From the NCBI GenBank assembly GCA_040081625.1, contig JBEBGD010000002.1, positions 32,001 to 96,000 on the forward strand: a stretch of DNA of 64,000 bases, written 5' to 3'. Made by a program: the position numbers and the translations under genes. Below, piece after piece: positions 49,001 through 57,545 of the stretch. This stretch comes from Chthoniobacteraceae bacterium. Lineage in GTDB: Bacteria > Verrucomicrobiota > Verrucomicrobiia > Chthoniobacterales > Chthoniobacteraceae. Numbering within the stretch: position 1 is the stretch's first letter; every line of letters begins with the position of its first letter. The notes below the pieces were generated by a model, which saw nothing but the letters and a program-made list of their open reading frames with translations, ran no database searches and was not told where the DNA came from.

Positions 49001-49071
49001 ATTTTGGTGGAGAATGAGCAGCCGCCAGATGGACTCTCATCCAAATGGCGGCTGTGCTGCATTAGGAGGGA

Positions 49072-49461
49072 CTAAGCGGCGACTGAAAAGTTTGTCAGTT
49101 CGCCGGGTGCCTTGATCTCCTTCACAAACGAATACGGTTTCTCGTATTCATCGTTGTGGATGTGCTCAATGCGGATGTCAGCGTATAGTCCCTTCAGTTT
49201 CTCGTATTCAACGCTGCCATCTGGACGTAAAACCTTCTGCGCTCCTTCTAAGCCCAGCCAGGTGATGAGGTCGTCCATGAACTTCTCATCTGTGCGCTTG
49301 TAGTTCTTGCCTGCGAAATAGACCTGAACCGGATGCTGGATGGAAACGATCTGGAAAACCAGTCGCATTCCGTCCTCTATGTCAAACGCATCACGACAAA
49401 TCACTCGATGATCCTTATCGGGTGCGTCGTATGTTTTCTTCTTTTGTGGTATGAATGCCAT
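49072..49461 (-). CDS. putative OB-fold/SSB-like protein
   Basis: Strong RBS AGAAAGGAG; beta-rich pattern ending LKGLYADIRIEH...YSFV. Confidence 0.5.
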   Translation of the reverse strand: MAFIPQKKKTYDAPDKDHRVICRDAFDIEDGMRLVFQIVSIQHPVQVYFAGKNYKRTDEKFMDDLITWLGLEGAQKVLRPDGSVEYEKLKGLYADIRIEHIHNDEYEKPYSFVKEIKAPGELTNFSVAA

Positions 49462-49591
49462 TTATATTAGTCTCCTTTCTAAGCTGCCTTTCATTGACAG
49501 CGATGATCAGTGTATCAAAAAGATGTCTCGAAAGGCAAGACTAATGATGACAAAAGCGCAATGAAACCGTTGTTGAAAGTAAAGCGCCCTG

Positions 49592-49848
49592 TTTCTGGCA
49601 AAGAACGGAAGTTTTCTGGCAATGCTATATACATTCATGCTCGCAATGAAAAGCTCTTGTTCTCGTGCATGTTCACTCACATTCTTATTATTGTGATCAG
49701 TCATATATAATGAATCATTGATGCATTCATTTAATACATGAGTGTGAGATCACATAATGTAGCAGGATGGCAATGACGTAAGGACGAGAGAACACATTTG
49801 CAGAAGTATATATAGCATTGCCAGAAAAAGGGCATTCTCTGCCAGAAA
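49592..49848. other. putative replication origin: inverted iteron pairs around an AT-rich core
   Basis: Perfect 20-bp IR 49612-49631/49809-49828; outer TTTCTGGCA/TGCCAGAAA pair; inner IR 49709-49715/49725-49731; all centred on 49720. Confidence 0.7.
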
Positions 49849-49858
49849 TGTTCCACTC

Positions 49859-50677
49859 TCACGTTGCTGGGAGACTCTTATCGAGCCATGAAGGCGGTTT
49901 CAGGATCTTTCTGTGCTTCCTGATCGACTTCACGCTATACGGAAGCCTCTTGGCGAGATCAGTGGCTGGGGCGTTCTTGAGCTGCTTGTCCAGGCGGAAC
50001 AGATGAAGCAACATCGCTATCGCCAAGCCATGTCTCATCGCGTCTGTGGCACTGAACCACACAGTCTCTTCCTGCTGATTAAGAGGTGCAGGAACATGCA
50101 GCCACATCCGAATGTCACGCTTTCTACCTGTGCGACGTTCAGGAGCCACGAACTCACCTTTCCGTTCCGTCTCGATCACCTTGGCTTCCTCCAGGCGGTT
50201 TATAGCATCAAGGACAGTCTGAGCGTCCTTAAAGCACCCAAGATCCTGATGAATCTGTTGGGCACTGTAGCCTGGCACCCATCGTTTACCTCGGCGCTCA
50301 TTGTAGGTGGCGCTCATGCTTCTGCTCTCGGCAATCTGCGTCTGCTGCAAGTAGCGATAGACAATGGCATCTGCCGGGCAAAGCTGGCGTGCTACGGCCA
50401 GTGCGAAACCTCGTAGGTCACCCGGCTGAGGTTCCTGCGGTGTGGTGGCGGATTGTTCTCGGTTGATCTTTGCTGATTCCAACGCAAATGCTGCCGCCGT
50501 TCTTCTCCGAACTGCCTCATCAGTGGGATCCCACGATTTGCGGTTTTGAAGGCGTTTCTCGTAGTCTTGCTTAAATGCAACCTGCTGCTCGATCGACAGT
50601 CGCCTGACAAGTATCGCAATATCGGGGGCGTCTGCCTCTATGGTGGCGAGAAGCTCCTGAATTTGTTCGGGTGTCAT
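49859..50677 (-). CDS. putative replication initiator / winged-HTH protein
   Basis: Two HTH-like segments (YSAQQIHQDLG...AINRLEE; LAKRLPYSVKSI); abuts the origin candidate. Confidence 0.5.
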   Translation of the reverse strand: MTPEQIQELLATIEADAPDIAILVRRLSIEQQVAFKQDYEKRLQNRKSWDPTDEAVRRRTAAAFALESAKINREQSATTPQEPQPGDLRGFALAVARQLCPADAIVYRYLQQTQIAESRSMSATYNERRGKRWVPGYSAQQIHQDLGCFKDAQTVLDAINRLEEAKVIETERKGEFVAPERRTGRKRDIRMWLHVPAPLNQQEETVWFSATDAMRHGLAIAMLLHLFRLDKQLKNAPATDLAKRLPYSVKSIRKHRKILKPPSWLDKSLPAT

Positions 50678-50759
50678 AAGATTTGAGTGCTGTGAGCCGC
50701 CGGGATTGGACCGACGGCTCGCAGGTTGATTGGTCACGTTGCTGCACTTATCCCGGCAG

Positions 50760-51062
50760 CTAAGACGGATGCCACTCGATCTTCTTCCCTGTCTTTCTCT
50801 TGACCGCATCTCCAACGGCGGCTTCTAGTTCCTCATAGCCTTTCGTGCTATCATGGCCGACGTCGAGGTCGGGGTCGGCTTGCCAGACCAGGTTGCCAAC
50901 GTGGTCCTTGATATCTTCGAGGATTGCGTCTTCTCCTTCCTTTACCGGCATCCTCTTGAGAACTCTGAGGAGCGTTGTAACGACTCTCGCATTCTCAGCG
51001 AGCCGGATAGCATTCTCTTCGTAGGCTTCGAGTAGTTCGATGGCTTGCTCGTAGTATGTCAT
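50760..51062 (-). CDS. hypothetical protein
   Basis: Co-oriented ORF in the integrase-proximal block. Confidence 0.6.
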   Translation of the reverse strand: MTYYEQAIELLEAYEENAIRLAENARVVTTLLRVLKRMPVKEGEDAILEDIKDHVGNLVWQADPDLDVGHDSTKGYEELEAAVGDAVKRKTGKKIEWHPS

Positions 51063-51125
51063 AGTGGTAATGAGAAGTGGGCCGCCCCAAAAGGTTTTGA
51101 CGCCGATGGAGGCGGCCCGGTTGCG

Positions 51126-51473
51126 TTATTCCGCGGCGACCTCCACGAGTTTGATGGTGCGCTTCCCCTTTTTGCCTTCCTGCACGATCTTCTTATTCTT
51201 CACCAACTCATCGCGGGCCTTCGTCAGTGGGATCTCGGGATACACCGATTGGAGAAAGGGATAGGGAATCCCCTCCTTGAAGTGCGCGGCGATCTTGAGG
51301 ATACCGGCTTGAATGTCATCCTCTCCACCAACGCCCTTGAATTCGAGCATGGTGGTGAGGAGGTCGATGCGCTTGTCCGTCATCGTGACTTGGATTTCGG
51401 CCTGCGCTTCTTTTGCGAGGTCGAGTGCTGTCTTCTTGGAAGCCGGAGCTTCGCTGGTGTCTTTGGTAGCCAT
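51126..51473 (-). CDS. hypothetical protein, possibly DNA-binding
   Basis: Basic wHTH-like C-terminus. Confidence 0.6.
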   Translation of the reverse strand: MATKDTSEAPASKKTALDLAKEAQAEIQVTMTDKRIDLLTTMLEFKGVGGEDDIQAGILKIAAHFKEGIPYPFLQSVYPEIPLTKARDELVKNKKIVQEGKKGKRTIKLVEVAAE

Positions 51474-51673
51474 AGGATTATGGTTCGTTTGGTGTTTTCT
51501 CCCTCCTGCGCGCTCGTGAGTGCTAAATCAAAGCGTGCAGTTGGGCTTCGCCATTGCGGCAGCGGTTCGTCCTTGCTTTAATTGGGCAGGACGAGTCGCT
51601 TTTTTCTCGATCATCGAGAAAACTGTTGTGGCGCGAGGTGCGCCGAATAGGTGAGGGTAGCGGAGGCTTCCCA

Positions 51674-51979
51674 TCATTTTCCCGCCTCCGTGATGAGTTT
51701 TCTTACCGCGTCGTATGGCACCAAAGTGACGCCACGAAGTTTACCCCGATCCCGAAGGCGCTTTAGTTGAATGAGTCCACGTTGCTCGGCGGCATAATAC
51801 CAACTTCGCGTCAGACCGAAGTGGGGGTCGCCGCCGCGTTTTGGTAGCCGATAGAATTCCGGTTTGCCAACAGCGGACTGCGTTGCTGCTTCAACTATGG
51901 CCGCACTGCGCGAAGGCGGACGGATCGGCGTATCGAGAGTTTGATGGTGGGCGGTATTTTTGTTGGGTGCCTTTGGCAT
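51674..51979 (-). CDS. putative excisionase / AlpA-like recombination directionality factor
   Basis: RLPKRG...FGLTRSWYY...G.I...RGVTLV; small, basic, near the integrase. Confidence 0.72.
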   Translation of the reverse strand: MPKAPNKNTAHHQTLDTPIRPPSRSAAIVEAATQSAVGKPEFYRLPKRGGDPHFGLTRSWYYAAEQRGLIQLKRLRDRGKLRGVTLVPYDAVRKLITEAGK

Positions 51980-52072
51980 ACACCATCGACAAGCCGCTTT
52001 TTGCGCCTCTCTCGGGCGACATAGTTTAAATACTTCTATGACGGAAATGCGCCCACGCGCATCCCAGGAGCT

Positions 52073-52954
52073 CTAAAGGGAAGTGAGGGCCGCGAACGCC
52101 TGCTTCAACTCAAACTTTATGCCGGACTTAATATCGGCGGCACGAGGCTTTTTGACCCGCGCCTTGCTCTTCGCGATAATCGTGAGCAGCTCCGAGCATT
52201 GTTCTGGGTGTTTGTTCGTGAGCATCCACAGCATCGTCACCGCCGCATCCGTCCATTCAGCCACGCTTGTTTCTCTGACGTGACGGCCTTTTGGTAAACA
52301 AAGCTTACCTACGTAGCGCAGCAGTTGGCGGGTAGTGCGGAATGGCGGCTCAACGCCTATGAGACCGGCAAGTCTCCCGAGCCGTTCGTTGATCTCAGAG
52401 AGTAGCCGCTTCCGCGACTTGAAATATGGCGGAAGCTTGTCAAGCCATCCGTAGTGCCGAAAAAAGCGGACATCCTCTTTGGACATTCGGTATTCTCGAA
52501 TAGTGTCCAGAATTAGGGCTACTTCAATCGCCAGAGCCTTAGCGGGCGATTTGTGACGTGTCGCCCGAATCGCATCGAACGGCTCGCCGGTCCTCTTTCC
52601 CACCCCAAGATCTTTCAACAACAACTTCAAAGCCTTATCCAGATGTGGTGAATCGGAAATAGACACCGGCCAAGCTGAACAGCCGCCTGCCACATATCGT
52701 GAGGCTCCCGGCTCCTGGTCCACTATCCGAGCGAGCGTGCTTGCGATCAAGTTGCCCAATTCCACGAGCTTCGAGATTGGGGCGCAATCGAATTGAGCCT
52801 GAGATGCCAACCATTGAACATGCAACACGGCTTTGTCGTATACACTCGCGGCTTCAAGTCGTCGTTCGCCGCGCAGTTTCTCTTTTGCGGTTTGCGCTAA
52901 ACTGGCTTGTTTGATCTCGGCTTTTGTGAGGAAAGCCACCGGCTTCTTCTTCAC
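52073..52954 (-). CDS. hypothetical protein coupled to the integrase
   Basis: GTGA overlap with the integrase stop. Confidence 0.6.
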   Translation of the reverse strand: MKKKPVAFLTKAEIKQASLAQTAKEKLRGERRLEAASVYDKAVLHVQWLASQAQFDCAPISKLVELGNLIASTLARIVDQEPGASRYVAGGCSAWPVSISDSPHLDKALKLLLKDLGVGKRTGEPFDAIRATRHKSPAKALAIEVALILDTIREYRMSKEDVRFFRHYGWLDKLPPYFKSRKRLLSEINERLGRLAGLIGVEPPFRTTRQLLRYVGKLCLPKGRHVRETSVAEWTDAAVTMLWMLTNKHPEQCSELLTIIAKSKARVKKPRAADIKSGIKFELKQAFAALTSL

Positions 52955-54096
52955 GTTAGAATGTCAGGCAGACTCGCCGCCGCCTTTTTCAAAGCCTCTT
53001 TGCCGACGTGGGTATAGTGCTCGCTCATTTGCTCCGAGTCATGGCCTACGAGTTCCATGACAACGGCGGCAGGAATACCTGCTTCTTTCATCAGCGTGAC
53101 TGCGGTGTGCCTCAAGCAATGGAACGATAGTCCGTTTTGTGCACTGCCTTTGCCACGACCCTCGCCATGCGTCTTTCGGTGGGCTTGTCGCTTCCGTAAG
53201 CCTGCTTGAGCCAATAGATCTGCGAACTGATTCGAGAGGTGGGCACTTTTGCCTTGCGTGGCGACGATTTCATAGGCCCGAGGGTGCAAAGGTTTCATCG
53301 GCTCGTCTGTAGAAGGCAACGCTTCTAAATGACGGAGCAGGGGAATGGCGATGGGCAGAATCAAACGCTTGCCGGTCTTTCTCGTCACGAGACGAATCTC
53401 TTCCTGCTCAAGATCCACATTTGCCCAAGTAAGGGCGGCAATGTCCGAAAGACGCTGCCCTGTATAAAGACCGAACAGGATCATGCTGCACCATTCCTCG
53501 CCAGCAACGGCGAGCACTGCCCGAAGTTCATCGAGCGTGAAAGGGCGTCGGTCATTGCGTTGTCCCTGACGGATTGTGTCCACAAACTCCGCAGGGTCGT
53601 CAGCGATAAGGGAATCGCGCCTTGCTGCTCGGAAAACCATGCGAAGAAACTTGACCAGATGATTTACCGTTTTTGGCGCAAGGCGTTTCGCTTGTTCGTT
53701 TCTGAAACGCAGCAAATGTTCTCGTCCGATCTCTGCGAGATCTCGATCAGCAAGAGGCCCGAGGAATTCGAGAAACTTTGATGCCGCCCCTGCGTAAAAT
53801 GACTGCGTGCTCAATGCTGTCTCTGGGCGCTTTCGCTCAAGCCAATCAGTGACGAATGCGCGCACGGTCGTCTGAACCAGCGCATCGCCCGTGATCGCCC
53901 GATGCAGTTCTGAAATCACGCGGCGAGCCTGCAATGCCGTGCGTTTCCTTCTGGCCGCATCCTCGTAGCCGTCCGCGATCTTCTGCGCGTCCTTTCGATT
54001 TGCTGTCGCCGTCGATCGCTTCAACCTGCGCCCGTTGCGATCGGTAAAGCAGGCGACCCAAAACCTTGATGTTGCGCGTTTAGTGAGGCTGGACAC
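52951..54096 (-). CDS. int: tyrosine recombinase/integrase
   Basis: R (TGQRLSD), K (TRKT), HCLR, GH, Y catalytic set; probable GTG start at 54096. Confidence 0.96.
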   Translation of the reverse strand: MSSLTKRATSRFWVACFTDRNGRRLKRSTATANRKDAQKIADGYEDAARRKRTALQARRVISELHRAITGDALVQTTVRAFVTDWLERKRPETALSTQSFYAGAASKFLEFLGPLADRDLAEIGREHLLRFRNEQAKRLAPKTVNHLVKFLRMVFRAARRDSLIADDPAEFVDTIRQGQRNDRRPFTLDELRAVLAVAGEEWCSMILFGLYTGQRLSDIAALTWANVDLEQEEIRLVTRKTGKRLILPIAIPLLRHLEALPSTDEPMKPLHPRAYEIVATQGKSAHLSNQFADLLAQAGLRKRQAHRKTHGEGRGKGSAQNGLSFHCLRHTAVTLMKEAGIPAAVVMELVGHDSEQMSEHYTHVGKEALKKAAASLPDILT

Positions 54097-54116
54097 GTAG
54101 GAACGATAGTAGGAAC
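54097..54116 (+). promoter_or_regulatory. putative integrase arm-type sites, GTAGGAAC x2
   Basis: 54097-54104 and 54109-54116, immediately upstream of the probable int start. Confidence 0.8.
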
Positions 54117-54201
54117 ATTCGGATACATCCACCAACACTCACAGACGGCATTTTCTCTGTTGCAAATCGTCGGCGAACATCCTTAAATGCCCTCTAGCCG
54201 A

Positions 54202-54229
54202 ACAGGGGTTCGATTCCCCTCGCCTCCAC
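54202..54229 (+). repeat. attR core (duplicated ssrA 3' end)
   Basis: Identical to 9420-9447. Confidence 0.97.
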
Positions 54230-54570
54230 TTTTCTGATTGTCAGTGAGTTACGACTGAATGAGGTCTCAACTAAGACCCTGTCCTCCAAGACCCGTGGAG
54301 GTCCGTAGATATCCACGCGGATCAAATCTCCGCCGAGTCCGCACGCGCGCGGTGAACCGCGATCATGGCGTTACTTTCGACGACGCAGGGCAGGCAGGAT
54401 GAAAGGACGAAGTGCCCGCAGATGGAATTAACGGATGTGCGGACTATACGCACACCGCTCTCCGGAGCGCTGCCGACGGTCTTCCTCACACGCGCCCGGA
54501 TCTCGCCGTGCCTTTCCCCCCTCCCATTTCCCCCGCTGATTCGCTTCTCAAACCCTTGATGATCGAGGCT

Positions 54571-54646
54571 TGGAGCGGGTGACGAGACTCGAACTCGCGA
54601 CATCTTCCTTGGCAAGGAAGTGCTCTACCAACTGAGCTACACCCGC
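54571..54646 (-). tRNA. tRNA-Gly(GCC)
   Basis: GCGGGTGTAGCTCAG...CTTGCCAAG...GTTCGAGTC...CCCGCTCCA, 76-nt cloverleaf. Confidence 0.97.
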
Positions 54647-54785
54647 GTGACTTGGGCGCGGAAAGTAGGAGGCGCGCCGGGGCTTGCAAATGGTTTTTTG
54701 GCGCGTGTCGGCTCGATCGGGTGGTTAAGGCGCGCGGCGTTCCGTGGTTGTTTCCATCACGCTCTCATCGACCTTTTCGAACCCC

Positions 54786-57491
54786 ATGAAGCCACTGCTG
54801 ATCCTGTCCTTCACCCTGCTCACGCTGCCGTGGACGGCTGCGGCCAGCCCGCTCGCGGCGCAGGTGCGCGCGCTGCTCAACGACAAGTGTCTCGCCTGCC
54901 ACGGCGACGACGCGGAGAAGATCAAGGGCGACTACGACATGCGCACGCGCGAGGGCACGCTGAAGGGCGGCGAGAGCGGCGAGGCCGCGGTGGTGCCCGG
55001 CCAGCCGGAGAAGAGCCCGCTCTTTCTCGCAGTCACCCGGCGCGACAAGGACTTCGCGATGCCGCCGAAGGAAAACGAGAAGCTCTCGCCGGAGCAGGTC
55101 GAGCTGCTGCGCAAGTGGATCGCCGGGGGCGCTGAGTGGACCGACGCCGTGGCGAAGCCGAAGTGGGATGCTGCCGACGGGGTCACGGTCGCGACCAGCG
55201 GCGGACAGTCGGGTGATTGGAATGATCGCCGTTACAAGCCGGAGGAGGTCTGGGCTTATCAGCCGATCAGGCGGCCGGCGGTTCCTGCGGCGGAAAGCAA
55301 GCATCCGATCGACGCCTTTATCCTCGAGAAGCTCGCGGAAAAGTTGATCGCCGGGTTCGCCCTGCCGGCTGACAAACTCACGCTGCTGCGGCGCGCGACC
55401 TTCGACCTCACCGGGTTGCCGCCGACGACCGGGGAGATCGACGCATTCCTGAAGGATACGTCGCCGGACGCGTTCGCCGCCGTGCTCACGCGGCTGCTCG
55501 AAAGCCCGCGCTACGGCGAGCAGCAGGCGCGGCACTGGCTCGATGTCGTGCGATACGCGGACACGAGCGGTTTCTCGAACGACTACGAGCGGCCGAACGC
55601 GTGGCGCTATCGCGATTACGTGATCCGCTCGTTCAATTCGGACAAACGTTTCGATCGTTTCATCCTCGAGCAGATCGCCGGCGACGAACTCGAGCCAAAC
55701 AACCCGGAGATGGCGATCGCTGTCGGCTTCCTGCGCTCCGGCCCGTGGGAGCACACGGCCATGACGGTCGCCGCGATCACGCGCCAGCAGTTCCTCGACG
55801 ATGTCACCCACGCGGTCGGCGTCACCTTCCTCGGCCAGGGCCTGCGCTGCTGCCAGTGCCACGATCACAAGTTCGATCCGCTGCCCACGCGCGACTACTA
55901 CGCGATCCAGGCCGTCTTCGCGCCGACGCAGTTCGCGGAGCGGGACGTGCCGTTTCTGCCGGTGGAAAACACGCGCGGGATCGACGACGGGCGCGCACCG
56001 GTGCAGGCGCGACTGGCGCTGATCCACGAGCGCTCCGCGGCGCTGAAGAAAAAGAGCGAGGATGGAATGGCTGCGTGGCTCGCCGGGCGCGGGGTGAAGT
56101 CGATCGACGAACTGCCGGAGAAGGAGCGCCCGCGCAAAGACTACCTCGGCGCCACCTCCGGGCTCACGAAGACCGACCTTTCGCTGCGCAAGATTTACGA
56201 GAAGTCCCGCGCGTATCTCGAGCGCGAACTCAAGCGCTTCGAGCCGCTGGCCTTCTCGGTCTATTCCGGCGTGGACAACAAATACACTTCGACCAAGCCC
56301 GTGAACCCGATGCCTGCGCAGACGCTCGGCGCGGTCGCCGCCGTCCACATTCTCGCGAATGGCTCGCTCGAGTCGCCGGCGGAGGAAGTGAAGCCCGGGG
56401 TGATCAGCGCGATGGCCGGCGCGCGCGACACCGTGCTGCCGGACGCGACGGAGGGGCGCCGTCTCGCGCTCGCACGCTGGATCGCGAGCCCGGAGAACAC
56501 GCTCACCGCGCGCGTCATCGTGAACCGGATCTGGCAACAGCACTTCGGCCACGGCCTCGTCGCGACGCCGAACAACCTCGGCAAAATGGGCGCGCGCCCG
56601 ACGCATCCCGAGTTGCTCGACTGGCTGGCGACGCGGTTCGTCGAGCGAGGCTGGTCGATCAAGGAACTCCACCGGCTGATCATGACCTCGCAGACTTATC
56701 AGCAGGCGAGCACCCGCGACGACGTTGAGAAGATTCGGGCGCTCGACTCGAAGAACTCGCTCCTGGCTTACTTCCCCGCGCGTCGGCTCGCCGCGGAGGA
56801 GATCCGCGACGCGATGCTCGCGCTGACCGGCGAGTTGAATCCCGAGATGGGCGGCCCCGGAGTCTTCCCCGAGATCAATTGGGAAGTCGCCGCGCAGCCG
56901 CGGCACATCATGGGCTCGGTCGCCCCGGCGTATCTGCCCTCGCGCACGCCGCAGGAGCGCCATCGGCGGACGATCTACGCCTTCCGCTACCGCACGCTCA
57001 GCGACCCGATGCTCGAAGTCTTCAACCGCCCCGGCAGCGAGATCTCGTGCGAAGTCCGAGACCAGACGACCGTCACGCCGCAGGTCTTTGCGCTGTTCAA
57101 TAGCGAGTTCACGCACAACCGCGCGCTCGCGCTCGCCGCCGCCATTGGGAAATCCGAGGCGACGACCGACGCGCGGATCGCGAAAGTTTTCCGCACCGTC
57201 CACGGCCGCGCGCCGTCGGCGGGGGAGGCGAAGGCGTGCGCCGCGCATTTCGAGAAGCTGCTCGCGCATCATCGCGCGCACCCGCCGCAGCCCGTCGCGC
57301 TGCCGATGAAAGTGAAGCGGCAGATGGTCGAGGAACTCACCGGCGAGACCGTCGAGTGGGAGGAGGACCTGCCGGGGATGGATCGATACCAGCGCGACCT
57401 GATGCCGTGGGAAGTCGCGCCGGAGACGCGCGCCTTCGCCGAGGTCTGCCTAGCGCTGCTCAACTCGAACGAGTTTCTCTACCTGCGCTGA
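54786..57491 (+). CDS. planctomycete cytochrome c + DUF1549/DUF1553 (PSD1) protein
   Basis: CLACH, WLDVVRYADT, CCQCHDHKFDP, ARVIVNRIWQQHFG. Confidence 0.93.
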   Translation: MKPLLILSFTLLTLPWTAAASPLAAQVRALLNDKCLACHGDDAEKIKGDYDMRTREGTLKGGESGEAAVVPGQPEKSPLFLAVTRRDKDFAMPPKENEKLSPEQVELLRKWIAGGAEWTDAVAKPKWDAADGVTVATSGGQSGDWNDRRYKPEEVWAYQPIRRPAVPAAESKHPIDAFILEKLAEKLIAGFALPADKLTLLRRATFDLTGLPPTTGEIDAFLKDTSPDAFAAVLTRLLESPRYGEQQARHWLDVVRYADTSGFSNDYERPNAWRYRDYVIRSFNSDKRFDRFILEQIAGDELEPNNPEMAIAVGFLRSGPWEHTAMTVAAITRQQFLDDVTHAVGVTFLGQGLRCCQCHDHKFDPLPTRDYYAIQAVFAPTQFAERDVPFLPVENTRGIDDGRAPVQARLALIHERSAALKKKSEDGMAAWLAGRGVKSIDELPEKERPRKDYLGATSGLTKTDLSLRKIYEKSRAYLERELKRFEPLAFSVYSGVDNKYTSTKPVNPMPAQTLGAVAAVHILANGSLESPAEEVKPGVISAMAGARDTVLPDATEGRRLALARWIASPENTLTARVIVNRIWQQHFGHGLVATPNNLGKMGARPTHPELLDWLATRFVERGWSIKELHRLIMTSQTYQQASTRDDVEKIRALDSKNSLLAYFPARRLAAEEIRDAMLALTGELNPEMGGPGVFPEINWEVAAQPRHIMGSVAPAYLPSRTPQERHRRTIYAFRYRTLSDPMLEVFNRPGSEISCEVRDQTTVTPQVFALFNSEFTHNRALALAAAIGKSEATTDARIAKVFRTVHGRAPSAGEAKACAAHFEKLLAHHRAHPPQPVALPMKVKRQMVEELTGETVEWEEDLPGMDRYQRDLMPWEVAPETRAFAEVCLALLNSNEFLYLR

Positions 57492-57545
57492 GGCCGCCGC
57501 ATTTCTTTCTCGCCGCGGAAAAGATTCCGCGCACGATGCGCCGCC

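Larger units (their letters stand above)
9420..54229. mobile_element. ~44.8 kb integrative element (genomic island) inserted at ssrA
   Basis: 28-bp direct repeats, tyrosine integrase next to attR, visible drop in GC, defence and DNA-processing cargo. Confidence 0.96.

Noticed and set aside
49700..49740. Protelomerase (tel) site
   Set aside because: The centre is not a perfect long palindrome and no protelomerase is evident; an origin fits better
9420..54229. Prophage
   Set aside because: No terminase, portal, capsid, tail or lysis genes recognised
54765..57281. Long antisense ORFs (also 57450-59381, 1056-2681, 37412-38917)
   Set aside because: Shadow frames of well-supported genes, expected from high GC and codon bias
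54786..57491. DUF1553 gene without an adjacent DUF1501 partner
   Set aside because: These families are highly paralogous in PVC genomes, so an unpaired copy is unremarkable
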